Below are positions 57,228-64,000 of a stretch of 64,000 nt of DNA, piece after piece. This DNA is from a virus: the IMG/VR virus record IMGVR_UViG_3300010430_000003, positions 1-64,000 of that record; one strand, given 5' to 3'. Under the pieces are notes generated by a model, which made no database searches, was not told where the DNA came from, and was given only the letters and a program-made list of their open reading frames with translations. The stretch's first letter is position 1. Each line of letters starts with the position of its first letter. Position numbers and translations under genes: made by a program.

Positions 57228-58886
57228 ATGTCTTCTTTGCTTAAGCAAGCTATAATCGACGCCAATCTATTAAAAGAGTCGGCAGAACAACAGGCTGAAA
57301 AAGCCATCCTCGAAAAATATTCATCTGAAATTAAAGATGTATACGAATCAATGCTAGAAGTAGCACCCGATCCTCTTGCCGATATGGCAGGGGAAAAGTC
57401 TGCTGAAAGAGATCTTGATTTCGAAGATGATCTTGATTTCGAAGGCGATTCAATGGATGCACAAATTCCCTATTCATTCTCTGATGGCGAAGAAATGATG
57501 GGTGCTCCTAATGAAGAAGAGGAGATCGAAATCGACTTTGATAAACTTGCCGCAATGCTTGGGGATGTTGAACCCGATGTTGATATGGATGAGCCACTGG
57601 GAATGGATATGGGTCTTGCAGGCGGAGATGAAGACGTAGAAGATTTAGAAATGGGCGCTCCCCCTGAAGAAGAATTCCCAACTCCTCGCCTTAAAGAAGC
57701 AGACAAATTTAAGTTTCAAAGCAAAGCGATGGGCAATGCCCCCGAAGACAGATTAAAAAACGTATCTCCTAATGTTAAAGACAAAGATGTTAAAACTGCT
57801 CCAAAGAGTGTTGTTGAGCCGGTTGATGCTATTGATGTAGAAGAAGGAAGATCAACAGTTTGTGAAAAGTGCGGTGCAACTCATATGGGTGAAGCTTGTT
57901 CTGGCCAAGTACACGAGGGAGAAGTTGAAGACCATCTTGAACTAAGAATCCAAAAGGCGCGTGAAGCATTTGAAGAATATACTAAGGCATCCAAAGCAGC
58001 AAGAAAGCAACCGGATCAATATCCAACTGGAGCAACGCCAGTTATTGCTGCTTTTGAAAGAAAAGCTGAAGAGGCTAGAAAAGAATATATTCGATTGCAA
58101 AATGTTCTTCGCAACCGTTTGAAAGCGGCAAGTGGAGAAGATCCTGATGCTGATTATCAAGCTGATAAACCATCATGGATGAGTGAGGAAGGAGAACTTG
58201 AAGAGAAAGTCGTAATGGATGACACTGGTAATAAGTCAGGTTGGACATCCAGATCAACTGACATTCTCGCACATGAACTTGATAAAGTTATCTCTCACAA
58301 TAAGTTTGATAAAACGGATGGTGAAGAATTTAAAGATGGGGATTATAAGAAGGACTTAGAAGATAAGGACACTGAATATGACTCATTAAAAGAAGAATAC
58401 AACATTCTTAAAAAGAATTTTAAAGAAATTTTCAAAGAAAATTCGAATTTGAAAGAAGTGAAGAGTAATTATGAAGTAAGAGTAGTATCGTTATCTGATA
58501 AGAATAAACAATTCCTATCTTTGCTTGAAAGAGCACAACAGGAATTGCAAGAAAATCAACTTAAGATGACAAAGCTATTTTTTGAAAATAAGGTATTTAG
58601 GGATGCCTCCTTGAATGAGCGACAAAAAAATAATATTGTCGAAGTCATTTCTGAAATTGATACCGCTGAGCAAATTAAGCCTGTTTATGAAGCGCTTTTG
58701 AAAACTAAGGGAACGGTTACTCAAAAAAGAGAATCGTCAAACTCTTTACATGAAGCACTTAAAAATAGACCCAAAATCGCTCGGATGGCTGCCGCCGCTA
58801 AAGATAGTGGGGAGTCAAAGGAACAGCAAGTTAACAGCGATCCTCTAACGGAGAGGATGCAAAAACTGGCTGGGATTAAGAAATAA
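57228..58886 (+). CDS. prohead scaffolding protein (T4 gp22-like by position and composition)
   Basis: 552 aa with an AGGAG SD. Strongly acidic N-terminal third and a long coiled-coil-like C-terminal half. It lies immediately upstream of the MCP gene. Confidence 0.6.
   Translation: MSSLLKQAIIDANLLKESAEQQAEKAILEKYSSEIKDVYESMLEVAPDPLADMAGEKSAERDLDFEDDLDFEGDSMDAQIPYSFSDGEEMMGAPNEEEEIEIDFDKLAAMLGDVEPDVDMDEPLGMDMGLAGGDEDVEDLEMGAPPEEEFPTPRLKEADKFKFQSKAMGNAPEDRLKNVSPNVKDKDVKTAPKSVVEPVDAIDVEEGRSTVCEKCGATHMGEACSGQVHEGEVEDHLELRIQKAREAFEEYTKASKAARKQPDQYPTGATPVIAAFERKAEEARKEYIRLQNVLRNRLKAASGEDPDADYQADKPSWMSEEGELEEKVVMDDTGNKSGWTSRSTDILAHELDKVISHNKFDKTDGEEFKDGDYKKDLEDKDTEYDSLKEEYNILKKNFKEIFKENSNLKEVKSNYEVRVVSLSDKNKQFLSLLERAQQELQENQLKMTKLFFENKVFRDASLNERQKNNIVEVISEIDTAEQIKPVYEALLKTKGTVTQKRESSNSLHEALKNRPKIARMAAAAKDSGESKEQQVNSDPLTERMQKLAGIKK
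57411..57446 (+). repeat. 18-nt tandem duplication inside the scaffold gene
   Basis: gatcttgatttcgaagat / gatcttgatttcgaaggc, read directly from the sequence. It encodes DLDFED-DLDFEG. Confidence 0.9.
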
Positions 58887-58913
58887 CATTAGATTAAAAA
58901 GGAAAACTTACTC

Positions 58914-60614
58914 ATGTCTGGTAAAATCGTTGAAAAGTTAACCGGTGACATTCAATCCTACGATGTAGTGAAAGAAGGTCAACTTTTGGTTAATAAATGG
59001 ACGCGAGCCGGTCTTCTTGAAGGCATCTCTGATGACGTAAAAAGAACCAATATGGCTCGTTTGCTTGAGAACCAAGCAAAACAAATTCTAAAAGAGGCTT
59101 CCACTATGGCAGCCGGTGACGTCGAAGGTTACGCTTCTGTAGCGTTCCCCCTCGTTCGTCGAGTATTCGGTAATCTTCTGGCTAATGACCTTGTGTCAGT
59201 TCAGCCAATGAATCTTCCTGCGGGACTGATTTTCTTCTTGGATTTCCAATACAATTCATCTCGCCTTGGGAGCGTTGCTGAAGATTCAGTATTCGGTCAA
59301 GGCATTGTCGGTCGCGAGTTGACTGGTGGTGTTGATCTTTCAAATGCTGAGCAGGATAAAGGCCCGTATAACCTGAATAACGGTTATTCAAGCCCGACTG
59401 CTTCATTTACTGTCACAACCACACTGCTCGCTTCTGGTACAGTAGGCGCATCAACAAATTCAGGCTCTAATGCTGATGTTGATAAGCTTGTTAAATATGA
59501 TCCTGACTTGTCGGGTTCAACTGTTGCGATTGCAACTGTTCCACTTTCAGAGCTTACCACTGGTGGCAATGAATTTAATGAGAGTGACCTTGTCGCTCTT
59601 AACTTCACTAACCTTTCAAGCTCTGGTGCAGCTTATCGACAAATTCGTCGACTTACAAGCTACTCTGGTTCGAAGACAGACGGAACTCTGTTATTTGTGA
59701 TTGAAGTGGCGTCAGGCTCACATACTGAGGTCCTTGCAGGTGCTGCTATTGATGCGGTAACTACACTTGATGCTCCGCTTGCTGATAACTTCGATGGCGG
59801 CGGCGCTCTCGGTTCTGTTGTTGGTGCTGATGTTTGGGGCCTTGAGGCTGACGAAGGTATTCCTGAGTTGGATATCAAAGTTGATTCCATCGCTCTGACA
59901 GCTATCACCAAAAAGCTGAAAGCTAAATGGTCTCCTGAGCTTGGTCAAGACCTCAATGCTTATCATAATGTCGATGCGGAAGTTGAGCTTACCTCAATTC
60001 TTGCTGAGCACATTGAGCTTGAGATTGATCGAGAGATCTTGGAAGATCTTACTAAGCTTGCTACAGGCTCGACAAAGTTCTGGTCACGACTTCCGGGTAA
60101 GTTTGTGAACGAGGACACTGGTGCGGATATTTCTAATACTACTGCACCGCCTGACTTCACCGGTAACGTATCCGAGTGGTACGAAACACTTATCGAGAAA
60201 GTCAATGGCGTCTCGGCTGTTATTCAGCGTAAGATTCTGTCTGGTGGAGCTAACTTCCTTGTTTGCTCACCTGAAGTTGCCAATATCCTTGAGTTTACTA
60301 ACGGATTCCGTGGAAACGTTTCAGTGGGCGAAGAGCGTGGTACTGCCGGTGCGGTTAAAACTGGTCAGATCAACAAGAAGTTCGACGTATATGTCGATCC
60401 TTACTACTACCGAAATGGTCTTCTGGTAGGACGAAAGGGCTCCTCTTTCCTTGAAAGCGGATTTGTATATGCTCCTTATGTCCCTCTGCAGATGACACCA
60501 ACCATCTTCGGTACTGAGGACTTCGTGCCTCGTAAGGGCGTCATGACACGCTATGCGAAGAAGATGGTTCGTCCTGACTTCTATGGCACGGTCATTGTCC
60601 TAGACCTTGTATAA
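58914..60614 (+). CDS. major capsid protein (T4 gp23 family)
   Basis: Four blocks parallel T4 gp23. 'LVRRVFGNLLANDLVSVQPMNLPAG' matches 'MVRRAIPNLIAFDICGVQPMNSPTG'. 'LKAKWSPELGQDLNAYHNVDAEVELTSILAEHIELEIDREI' matches 'LKAAYSIELAQDLRAVHGMDADAELSGILATEIMLEINREV'. 'FVYAPYVPL' matches 'IYYAPYVAL'. Confidence 0.9.
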   Translation: MSGKIVEKLTGDIQSYDVVKEGQLLVNKWTRAGLLEGISDDVKRTNMARLLENQAKQILKEASTMAAGDVEGYASVAFPLVRRVFGNLLANDLVSVQPMNLPAGLIFFLDFQYNSSRLGSVAEDSVFGQGIVGRELTGGVDLSNAEQDKGPYNLNNGYSSPTASFTVTTTLLASGTVGASTNSGSNADVDKLVKYDPDLSGSTVAIATVPLSELTTGGNEFNESDLVALNFTNLSSSGAAYRQIRRLTSYSGSKTDGTLLFVIEVASGSHTEVLAGAAIDAVTTLDAPLADNFDGGGALGSVVGADVWGLEADEGIPELDIKVDSIALTAITKKLKAKWSPELGQDLNAYHNVDAEVELTSILAEHIELEIDREILEDLTKLATGSTKFWSRLPGKFVNEDTGADISNTTAPPDFTGNVSEWYETLIEKVNGVSAVIQRKILSGGANFLVCSPEVANILEFTNGFRGNVSVGEERGTAGAVKTGQINKKFDVYVDPYYYRNGLLVGRKGSSFLESGFVYAPYVPLQMTPTIFGTEDFVPRKGVMTRYAKKMVRPDFYGTVIVLDLV

Positions 60615-60635
60615 TCTAACCTAGTTTGGATTATG

Positions 60636-60663
60636 AAACCTCCCAGAAATGGGAGGTTTTTTT
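60636..60663 (+). terminator. rho-independent terminator after the MCP gene
   Basis: AAACCTCCC (60636-60644) pairs with GGGAGGTTT (60651-60659) around a 6-nt loop. The T-run extends to 60663. Confidence 0.75.
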
Positions 60664-60675
60664 ATTATATCATTA

Positions 60676-60703
60676 TTGATTTGCTGTTCTGTGTTAATAT
60701 AAT
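60676..60703 (+). promoter_or_regulatory. sigma70-type promoter candidate
   Basis: TTGATT (60676-60681), a 16-nt spacer, then TATAAT (60698-60703). An AAGGTAAGGA SD and the ATG at 60721 follow. Confidence 0.5.
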
Positions 60704-60720
60704 AAAGGTAAGGAATCTTT

Positions 60721-60942
60721 ATGAATAAAGACAACATTAATTTGATGATGAGTTCCGTATATGTCCATGAAATTTTGTGGGGAGCAACTATGGATACGGG
60801 CTTCGCATGTTATTTCTCCTTGGGGCGTAGAAGGTCATCCTCATATTGGATGAGATGCAACTATGGTTTTATAGCAAAAGTGAAAGGGGAAAACCAATTC
60901 ATACAAGGTTATTATCCCTCTTGCAGCATCACTCTTGTATGA
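60721..60942 (+). CDS. hypothetical 73-aa ORF (possibly the 5' part of a decayed capsid-like gene)
   Basis: ATG with an upstream SD. The Cys/Trp/Tyr-rich composition is unlike neighbouring genes. It is in the same frame as 60952..61278 and separated from it only by TGA at 60940-60942. Confidence 0.35.
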   Translation: MNKDNINLMMSSVYVHEILWGATMDTGFACYFSLGRRRSSSYWMRCNYGFIAKVKGENQFIQGYYPSCSITLV

Positions 60943-60951
60943 AAGAATAAT

Positions 60952-61278
60952 ATGAAAAATGGTTTTCTAAAGAAAATTTTTGAAAGTGGATATGTCTATG
61001 CACCCTATATACCGATGCAAGTAACGCGAAATTTCAACCAGTCCCCGAAATATAAAACAGAGGTTGTGGCGGAGAATATTAATAAAATCATTGCAATGCA
61101 TTGGGTTTTGGATACAGTGCAATTTCATATGGTTCATCGGGTTGGTAACCCACACCTCCGCAAACGAACTGTGGATTTTGACGTGTCGAACATGTATGGA
61201 TTTCAAATGAGATATTATGATCAATATTGCCCTCTCAGAATAAGAGTAGCTTTAAACTGGTTAAGACAATATGAATGA
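60952..61278 (+). CDS. 108-aa ORF carrying a gp23-type C-terminal motif at its N-terminus
   Basis: 'KIFESGYVYAPYIPMQVT' compares with the MCP C-terminus 'SSFLESGFVYAPYVPLQMT' at 60440-60500. Confidence 0.5.
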   Translation: MKNGFLKKIFESGYVYAPYIPMQVTRNFNQSPKYKTEVVAENINKIIAMHWVLDTVQFHMVHRVGNPHLRKRTVDFDVSNMYGFQMRYYDQYCPLRIRVALNWLRQYE

Positions 61279-61558
61279 AGTAATGGCTCATAAAGCCCGC
61301 GCCACTGGCTCACGTTCCAATCGCCATCGCCGACGCAGGAGAGGTCGTCGCAGCCACCACCGTATTTCCATGGAGCCTAAAGATATTAATTTGTATGTTG
61401 CTCGGCATTGTCTGGTTCCACGAGTCACTTTTATTGAAGCATTTCTATTTTTTAGAAAATCATCTTATTCTTGTAATAATCTTTACCGGGCACACGGCCC
61501 CGCTAATATACAGGATGTGAAGATGTGGTTAAATGTTCGCGCTGAGAGCCAGTTATAA
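61271..61558 (+). CDS. arginine-rich-motif protein
   Basis: 95 aa. 'ATGSRSNRHRRRRRGRRSHHR' lies near the N-terminus. Locally GC-rich because of CGN codons. ATGAATGA overlap with the upstream ORF. Confidence 0.5.
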   Translation: MNEVMAHKARATGSRSNRHRRRRRGRRSHHRISMEPKDINLYVARHCLVPRVTFIEAFLFFRKSSYSCNNLYRAHGPANIQDVKMWLNVRAESQL

Positions 61559-61560
61559 AA

Positions 61561-62217
61561 ATGAATGTGTTGTTATCATATCCAAGATCCGGCAATACGT
61601 GGACTCGTTATTGTGTTGAATTTCTGACAAAGAAGCCAACGCAAGGAGTTATGGGTTCTTCCGCAACAATTAAGACGCCTATGGGATTGCATAATTCTGA
61701 TATGGAAGTGGATTTTGAGCAAGAAACAATCTTGAATAAATTTCACCATCCACCGGAGTGTGTTGGAATTCGACCCCTCCCAGAAAAGCTGATATTGCTG
61801 GTTAGAAATCCTCTAGAAAGCATCACAAGACATGATCCCGCAAGCATTCCAGCCTTCACTATCCCATCAATACGACACTATATAAGCTTGTTGTATTATT
61901 ATGATTTGTTTGAAAATGAAAAAATGATTGTGTTTTATGAGGACTTAATTAAAGACGAAACACTCCCCCACACTTTAAATGAAATTCTTGATTTCCTTGG
62001 TGAACCTAAAGATAATCTAATTCCTTTTATGGAGGGGATTGAATACCATCGTTCGGAAGGGGTGAGGATTTACAATACAAACGGAAACCGTTCTCAAACT
62101 GAAGGTAACGAAGAGAACTATCATAGAAAGAAAATCAAAATTGAAAGATCGTTAGAAAAACTTCTTGAATGGGATCAGGGTGGATATTTCCACAAATACT
62201 GTCATAGATATTTATGA
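61561..62217 (+). CDS. sulfotransferase-like protein
   Basis: 218 aa. 'LLSYPRSGNTW' resembles the 5'-phosphosulfate-binding loop (PKxGTTW / RSGST). 'LILLVRNPLESITRH' resembles the 3'-phosphate-binding motif (RxP.D...S). Confidence 0.55.
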   Translation: MNVLLSYPRSGNTWTRYCVEFLTKKPTQGVMGSSATIKTPMGLHNSDMEVDFEQETILNKFHHPPECVGIRPLPEKLILLVRNPLESITRHDPASIPAFTIPSIRHYISLLYYYDLFENEKMIVFYEDLIKDETLPHTLNEILDFLGEPKDNLIPFMEGIEYHRSEGVRIYNTNGNRSQTEGNEENYHRKKIKIERSLEKLLEWDQGGYFHKYCHRYL

Positions 62218-62423
62218 ATTTATTGATTGCGCAATGTTATGTTAACTCTTGGATTGCATCATCTTTCGCGTGGCACACACCCGATCCGATGGTTTTTACT
62301 CCAAAACAAAGAAAGACAGTGATGGGTTGGGGATATTTTCCCTTAAGAGCATATAAAGATATAAAACTCTCCATTAATATAATTTTGGAAAATATAAAAT
62401 TCAATGACTTCTTTAAATGTTGA
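62214..62423 (+). CDS. small Trp-rich protein (family member 1)
   Basis: 69 aa with an ATGA overlap. 'YVNSWIASSFAWHT' resembles the N-termini of the 62967 and 63169 products. Confidence 0.45.
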   Translation: MNLLIAQCYVNSWIASSFAWHTPDPMVFTPKQRKTVMGWGYFPLRAYKDIKLSINIILENIKFNDFFKC

Positions 62424-62424
62424 T

Positions 62425-62985
62425 ATGAAAAAAGATATTAAACTAATTGTTATTTGTGGGCCTTCTGGTGTAGGGAAGACGTCAATTGCATCGTTTTTGG
62501 TAAAGAGGATTTGGAATTCCTGTTTTTGTGTTTCTCATACAACTCGGAAATCTAGAATTACTGAAATGGATGGAATTGATTATTATTTTGTGTCTGAAGA
62601 TAAGTTTGAACAAATGAAAAGCAATAATGAGTTTGCAGAACATGCCCATGTATATGGCCAACAATATGGAACATCATGGGATGTTGTTGAAGAAGACCTT
62701 GAAGATGAAATCAAGATTCTTGATGTTGATTATAACGGCGCTGAAGCGATCTACAGTAGATATCCAGACAACACCATTGTCTTTTCTATATTACCACCTT
62801 CAATCAAAGAACTCCAAACAAGGCTGAGGCTTCGTGGTACCGATTCTTTAGTTACAATACAGCAACGATTGTTGAGAATTGAAGAAGAGCTTGAATATGA
62901 ATTGCAAGTTCCTCATGTGGAAATTATCAATTCAGATATGAGAGAAACCCAGAAAATGGTTATGAAATGTCTTCAACCTCAATAA
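62425..62985 (+). CDS. gmk: guanylate kinase
   Basis: 'ICGPSGVGKTS' (P-loop), 'VSHTTRKSRITEMDGIDYYFVS', 'FAEHAHVYGQQYGTS' and 'ILPPSIKELQTRLRLRGTDS' align along the full length with E. coli Gmk. The track start is 62404. The ATG at 62425 is 1 nt after the upstream stop. Confidence 0.85.
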   Translation: MKKDIKLIVICGPSGVGKTSIASFLVKRIWNSCFCVSHTTRKSRITEMDGIDYYFVSEDKFEQMKSNNEFAEHAHVYGQQYGTSWDVVEEDLEDEIKILDVDYNGAEAIYSRYPDNTIVFSILPPSIKELQTRLRLRGTDSLVTIQQRLLRIEEELEYELQVPHVEIINSDMRETQKMVMKCLQPQ

Positions 62986-63179
62986 ATCTTGATGTGGTGC
63001 ATTCTTGGATATCTTCTAACTGGTATTGGTATGTTCAAACTCATCACTCTCGCGATCAGATAAATAAGAGGGAGAGTTTTATAGTAATACAAGACTATAT
63101 TGAGGTTGAGGAGATGATTGCTGAAGCTCTCCATGAAGGAATTCTTGATCTTTTTGAGAATGATTATTATGAATATTGA
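62967..63179 (+). CDS. small Trp-rich acidic protein (family member 2)
   Basis: 70 aa. Contains 'VVHSWISSNWYWYVQTHH...DYIEVEEMIAEALHEGILDL'. Confidence 0.5.
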   Translation: MSSTSINLDVVHSWISSNWYWYVQTHHSRDQINKRESFIVIQDYIEVEEMIAEALHEGILDLFENDYYEY

Positions 63180-63354
63180 AATTGCACGTTTATGGTTCGT
63201 ATCATACTGGTGGGGATTTGTTGTTGATGATGCTTGTCATCATACTGTTGATGATAATTCAAGAACAAGTTATATGCATCTCACAATATGTGAAGACTAT
63301 TATGAAATGGTTGATGATGCTCTTTATTATGGAATTTTAAGTGTAGTTCAATAA
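63169..63354 (+). CDS. small Trp-rich acidic protein (family member 3)
   Basis: The track start at 63118 would overlap the upstream gene by 62 nt. The ATG at 63169 gives 'MNIEIARLWFVSYWWGFVVDDACHH...DYYEMVDDALYYGILSV', which is collinear with member 2. Confidence 0.5.
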   Translation: MNIEIARLWFVSYWWGFVVDDACHHTVDDNSRTSYMHLTICEDYYEMVDDALYYGILSVVQ

Positions 63355-63375
63355 TCATAAATCAAAATTTTAGAT

Positions 63376-63423
63376 AAAGCCTCTTGTTGTAGCTATTTAT
63401 TAGTGAATAACAAGAGGCTTTTT
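63376..63423 (+). terminator. intrinsic-terminator-like hairpin plus T-run, also carrying the downstream SD (module B)
   Basis: AAAGCCTCTTGTT (63376-63388) pairs perfectly with AACAAGAGGCTTT (63409-63421). The loop is 20 nt and contains TATTTA (63394-63399). The T-run extends to 63423. Confidence 0.55.
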
Positions 63424-63425
63424 CA

Positions 63426-64000
63426 TTGTCTGGAACATCACCTACATTACTGCCAGTTTCGTCAGTATCAAAGATTATCCTGCCGGCTACGGGTTCCACT
63501 CCCAATGTGACGGCTTCTATGCCTTTCGGTATTTATACTGATAGTGCATCTCCATTATATTCAACAGACTTCATTTCTGGCGCCGCCGATCAAGTTGCCT
63601 ATACCTATTGGAAAATGGTGGGTAATGGTCTTGATATTGAATTGTCTGAATATAATGTCTATGCTGCTTATGAAGAAGCAGTATTAGAGTATTCATATCA
63701 TCTAAATCTACATCAGGCCAAGAACTCTCTCGCAGACGTTCTAGGAGCCTCCACAGGGACTTTTGACCATGATGGAAACCTCAAGGACGGCGAACTTAGT
63801 TCATCGCTTGACGGCTCTCATGTGTCTCTTAAATACCCTAATTTTCAATTCTCTTATTCAAAGAAAGTTGGCATTGGAATTTCTCAAGAAGTTGGATTGA
63901 ATGGATATATTACTGAATACTCTGCTTCTGTCTCTACTACTGTAAATCAACAGGATTATGATCTTCAAGATCTTATTTCATCTCAAGCTGAGTTTTCGGG
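63426..64000 (+). CDS. hypothetical structural protein, N-terminal fragment (runs off the window)
   Basis: The frame is open from 63411 to the window end. A TTG at 63426 lies 8 nt after AAGAGG, and an ATG at 63519 is an alternative start. The product is Ser/Thr/Tyr-rich (…MPFGIYTDSASPLYSTDFISGAADQVAYTYW…). It is not in the track because it has no stop. Confidence 0.55.
   Translation, partial: MSGTSPTLLPVSSVSKIILPATGSTPNVTASMPFGIYTDSASPLYSTDFISGAADQVAYTYWKMVGNGLDIELSEYNVYAAYEEAVLEYSYHLNLHQAKNSLADVLGASTGTFDHDGNLKDGELSSSLDGSHVSLKYPNFQFSYSKKVGIGISQEVGLNGYITEYSASVSTTVNQQDYDLQDLISSQAEFS

Noticed and set aside
9815-60429. Nested + strand alternative-frame ORFs, for example 4649..4897, 7782..8003, 9815..10075, 10480..10785, 11470..11814, 12217..12444, 13087..13362, 59470..59700 and 60121..60429.
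   Set aside because: They are embedded out of frame within much longer ORFs. Their composition is Leu/Ile/Gln/Met-rich, as expected for off-frame reading of AT-rich coding DNA. No independent start signals are present.
60940-60942. The in-frame TGA, as evidence for an alternative genetic code or selenocysteine/readthrough recoding.
   Set aside because: TGA terminates many well-supported genes in the window, for example at 1980, 8968, 40627, 42090 and 48165. No SECIS-like context is obvious. Decay of a duplicated fragment is the simpler explanation.
840-63000. All minus-strand ORFs in the track, for example 2264..2695, 7876..8241, 10452..10859, 32479..32835, 33833..34177, 47212..47604, 48649..49041 and 59660..59911.
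   Set aside because: Each lies entirely inside, or antisense to, a long + strand ORF that has recognisable motifs or tight operon packing. Their products are low-complexity, Ser/Leu/Ile/Phe-rich mirror translations with no motifs and no SD. There is no gap in the + strand gene chain that would need them.
1-64000. tRNA genes, CRISPR arrays, an integrase/att boundary, a reverse transcriptase (DGR), and introns, inteins or homing endonucleases.
   Set aside because: The intergenic gaps are few and short (the largest are about 60-190 nt) and none shows a cloverleaf-like GTTCxAxxC arm or spaced direct repeats. No ORF shows recombinase, RT or LAGLIDADG/GIY-YIG/HNH signatures that I can recognise. 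TerL, portal and MCP have normal lengths.

Overview
This window looks like a segment of a tailed dsDNA phage (Caudoviricetes) genome. It is visibly AT-rich and very tightly packed. Every credible gene is on the + strand, and many starts overlap the preceding stop (ATGA or TAATG), which suggests translational coupling. I found no rRNA, tRNA, CRISPR array, integrase or attachment site.

Layout:
- 1-31.9 kb: baseplate and tail-periphery block. It holds an SLT-domain virion protein, a gp25/GPW-like wedge protein, a Baseplate_J-like protein, and about 23 kb of very large ORFs (up to 1535 aa) with no family I can name.
- 31.9-34.0 kb: inserted three-gene cassette (class I SAM methyltransferase, RNA-ligase-like protein, SPOUT-like methyltransferase).
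- 34.0-40.6 kb: two Gly/Thr/Asp-rich fibre-like proteins and several small structural ORFs.
- 40.6-45.5 kb: DNA transactions (RuvC-like resolvase, zinc-finger/TOPRIM primase, single-chain Mre11/SbcD-Rad50/SbcC fusion).
- 45.5-47.8 kb: three small membrane proteins, a ManC-type cupin and a patatin-like phospholipase.
- 49.3-60.6 kb: clearly T4-type head module (TerL, gp20-like portal, gp21-like prohead protease, scaffold, gp23-like major capsid protein). It is interrupted by small genes, including a ribosomal protein bS21 homologue.
- 60.7-63.4 kb: terminator-bounded accessory island with a near-consensus sigma70 promoter. It carries an Arg-rich protein, a sulfotransferase-like protein, guanylate kinase and a Trp-rich small-protein family.

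Most notable observations:
- A 29-aa prepilin-motif mini-ORF just upstream of TerL.
- Two copies of a hairpin module whose 3' arm is the Shine-Dalgarno of the next gene and whose loop carries a recurrent TATTTA motif.
- The ligase/methyltransferase cassette.
- The fused Mre11-Rad50.
- The sulfotransferase island.

Function calls rest on motif recognition by eye. No database search was run.
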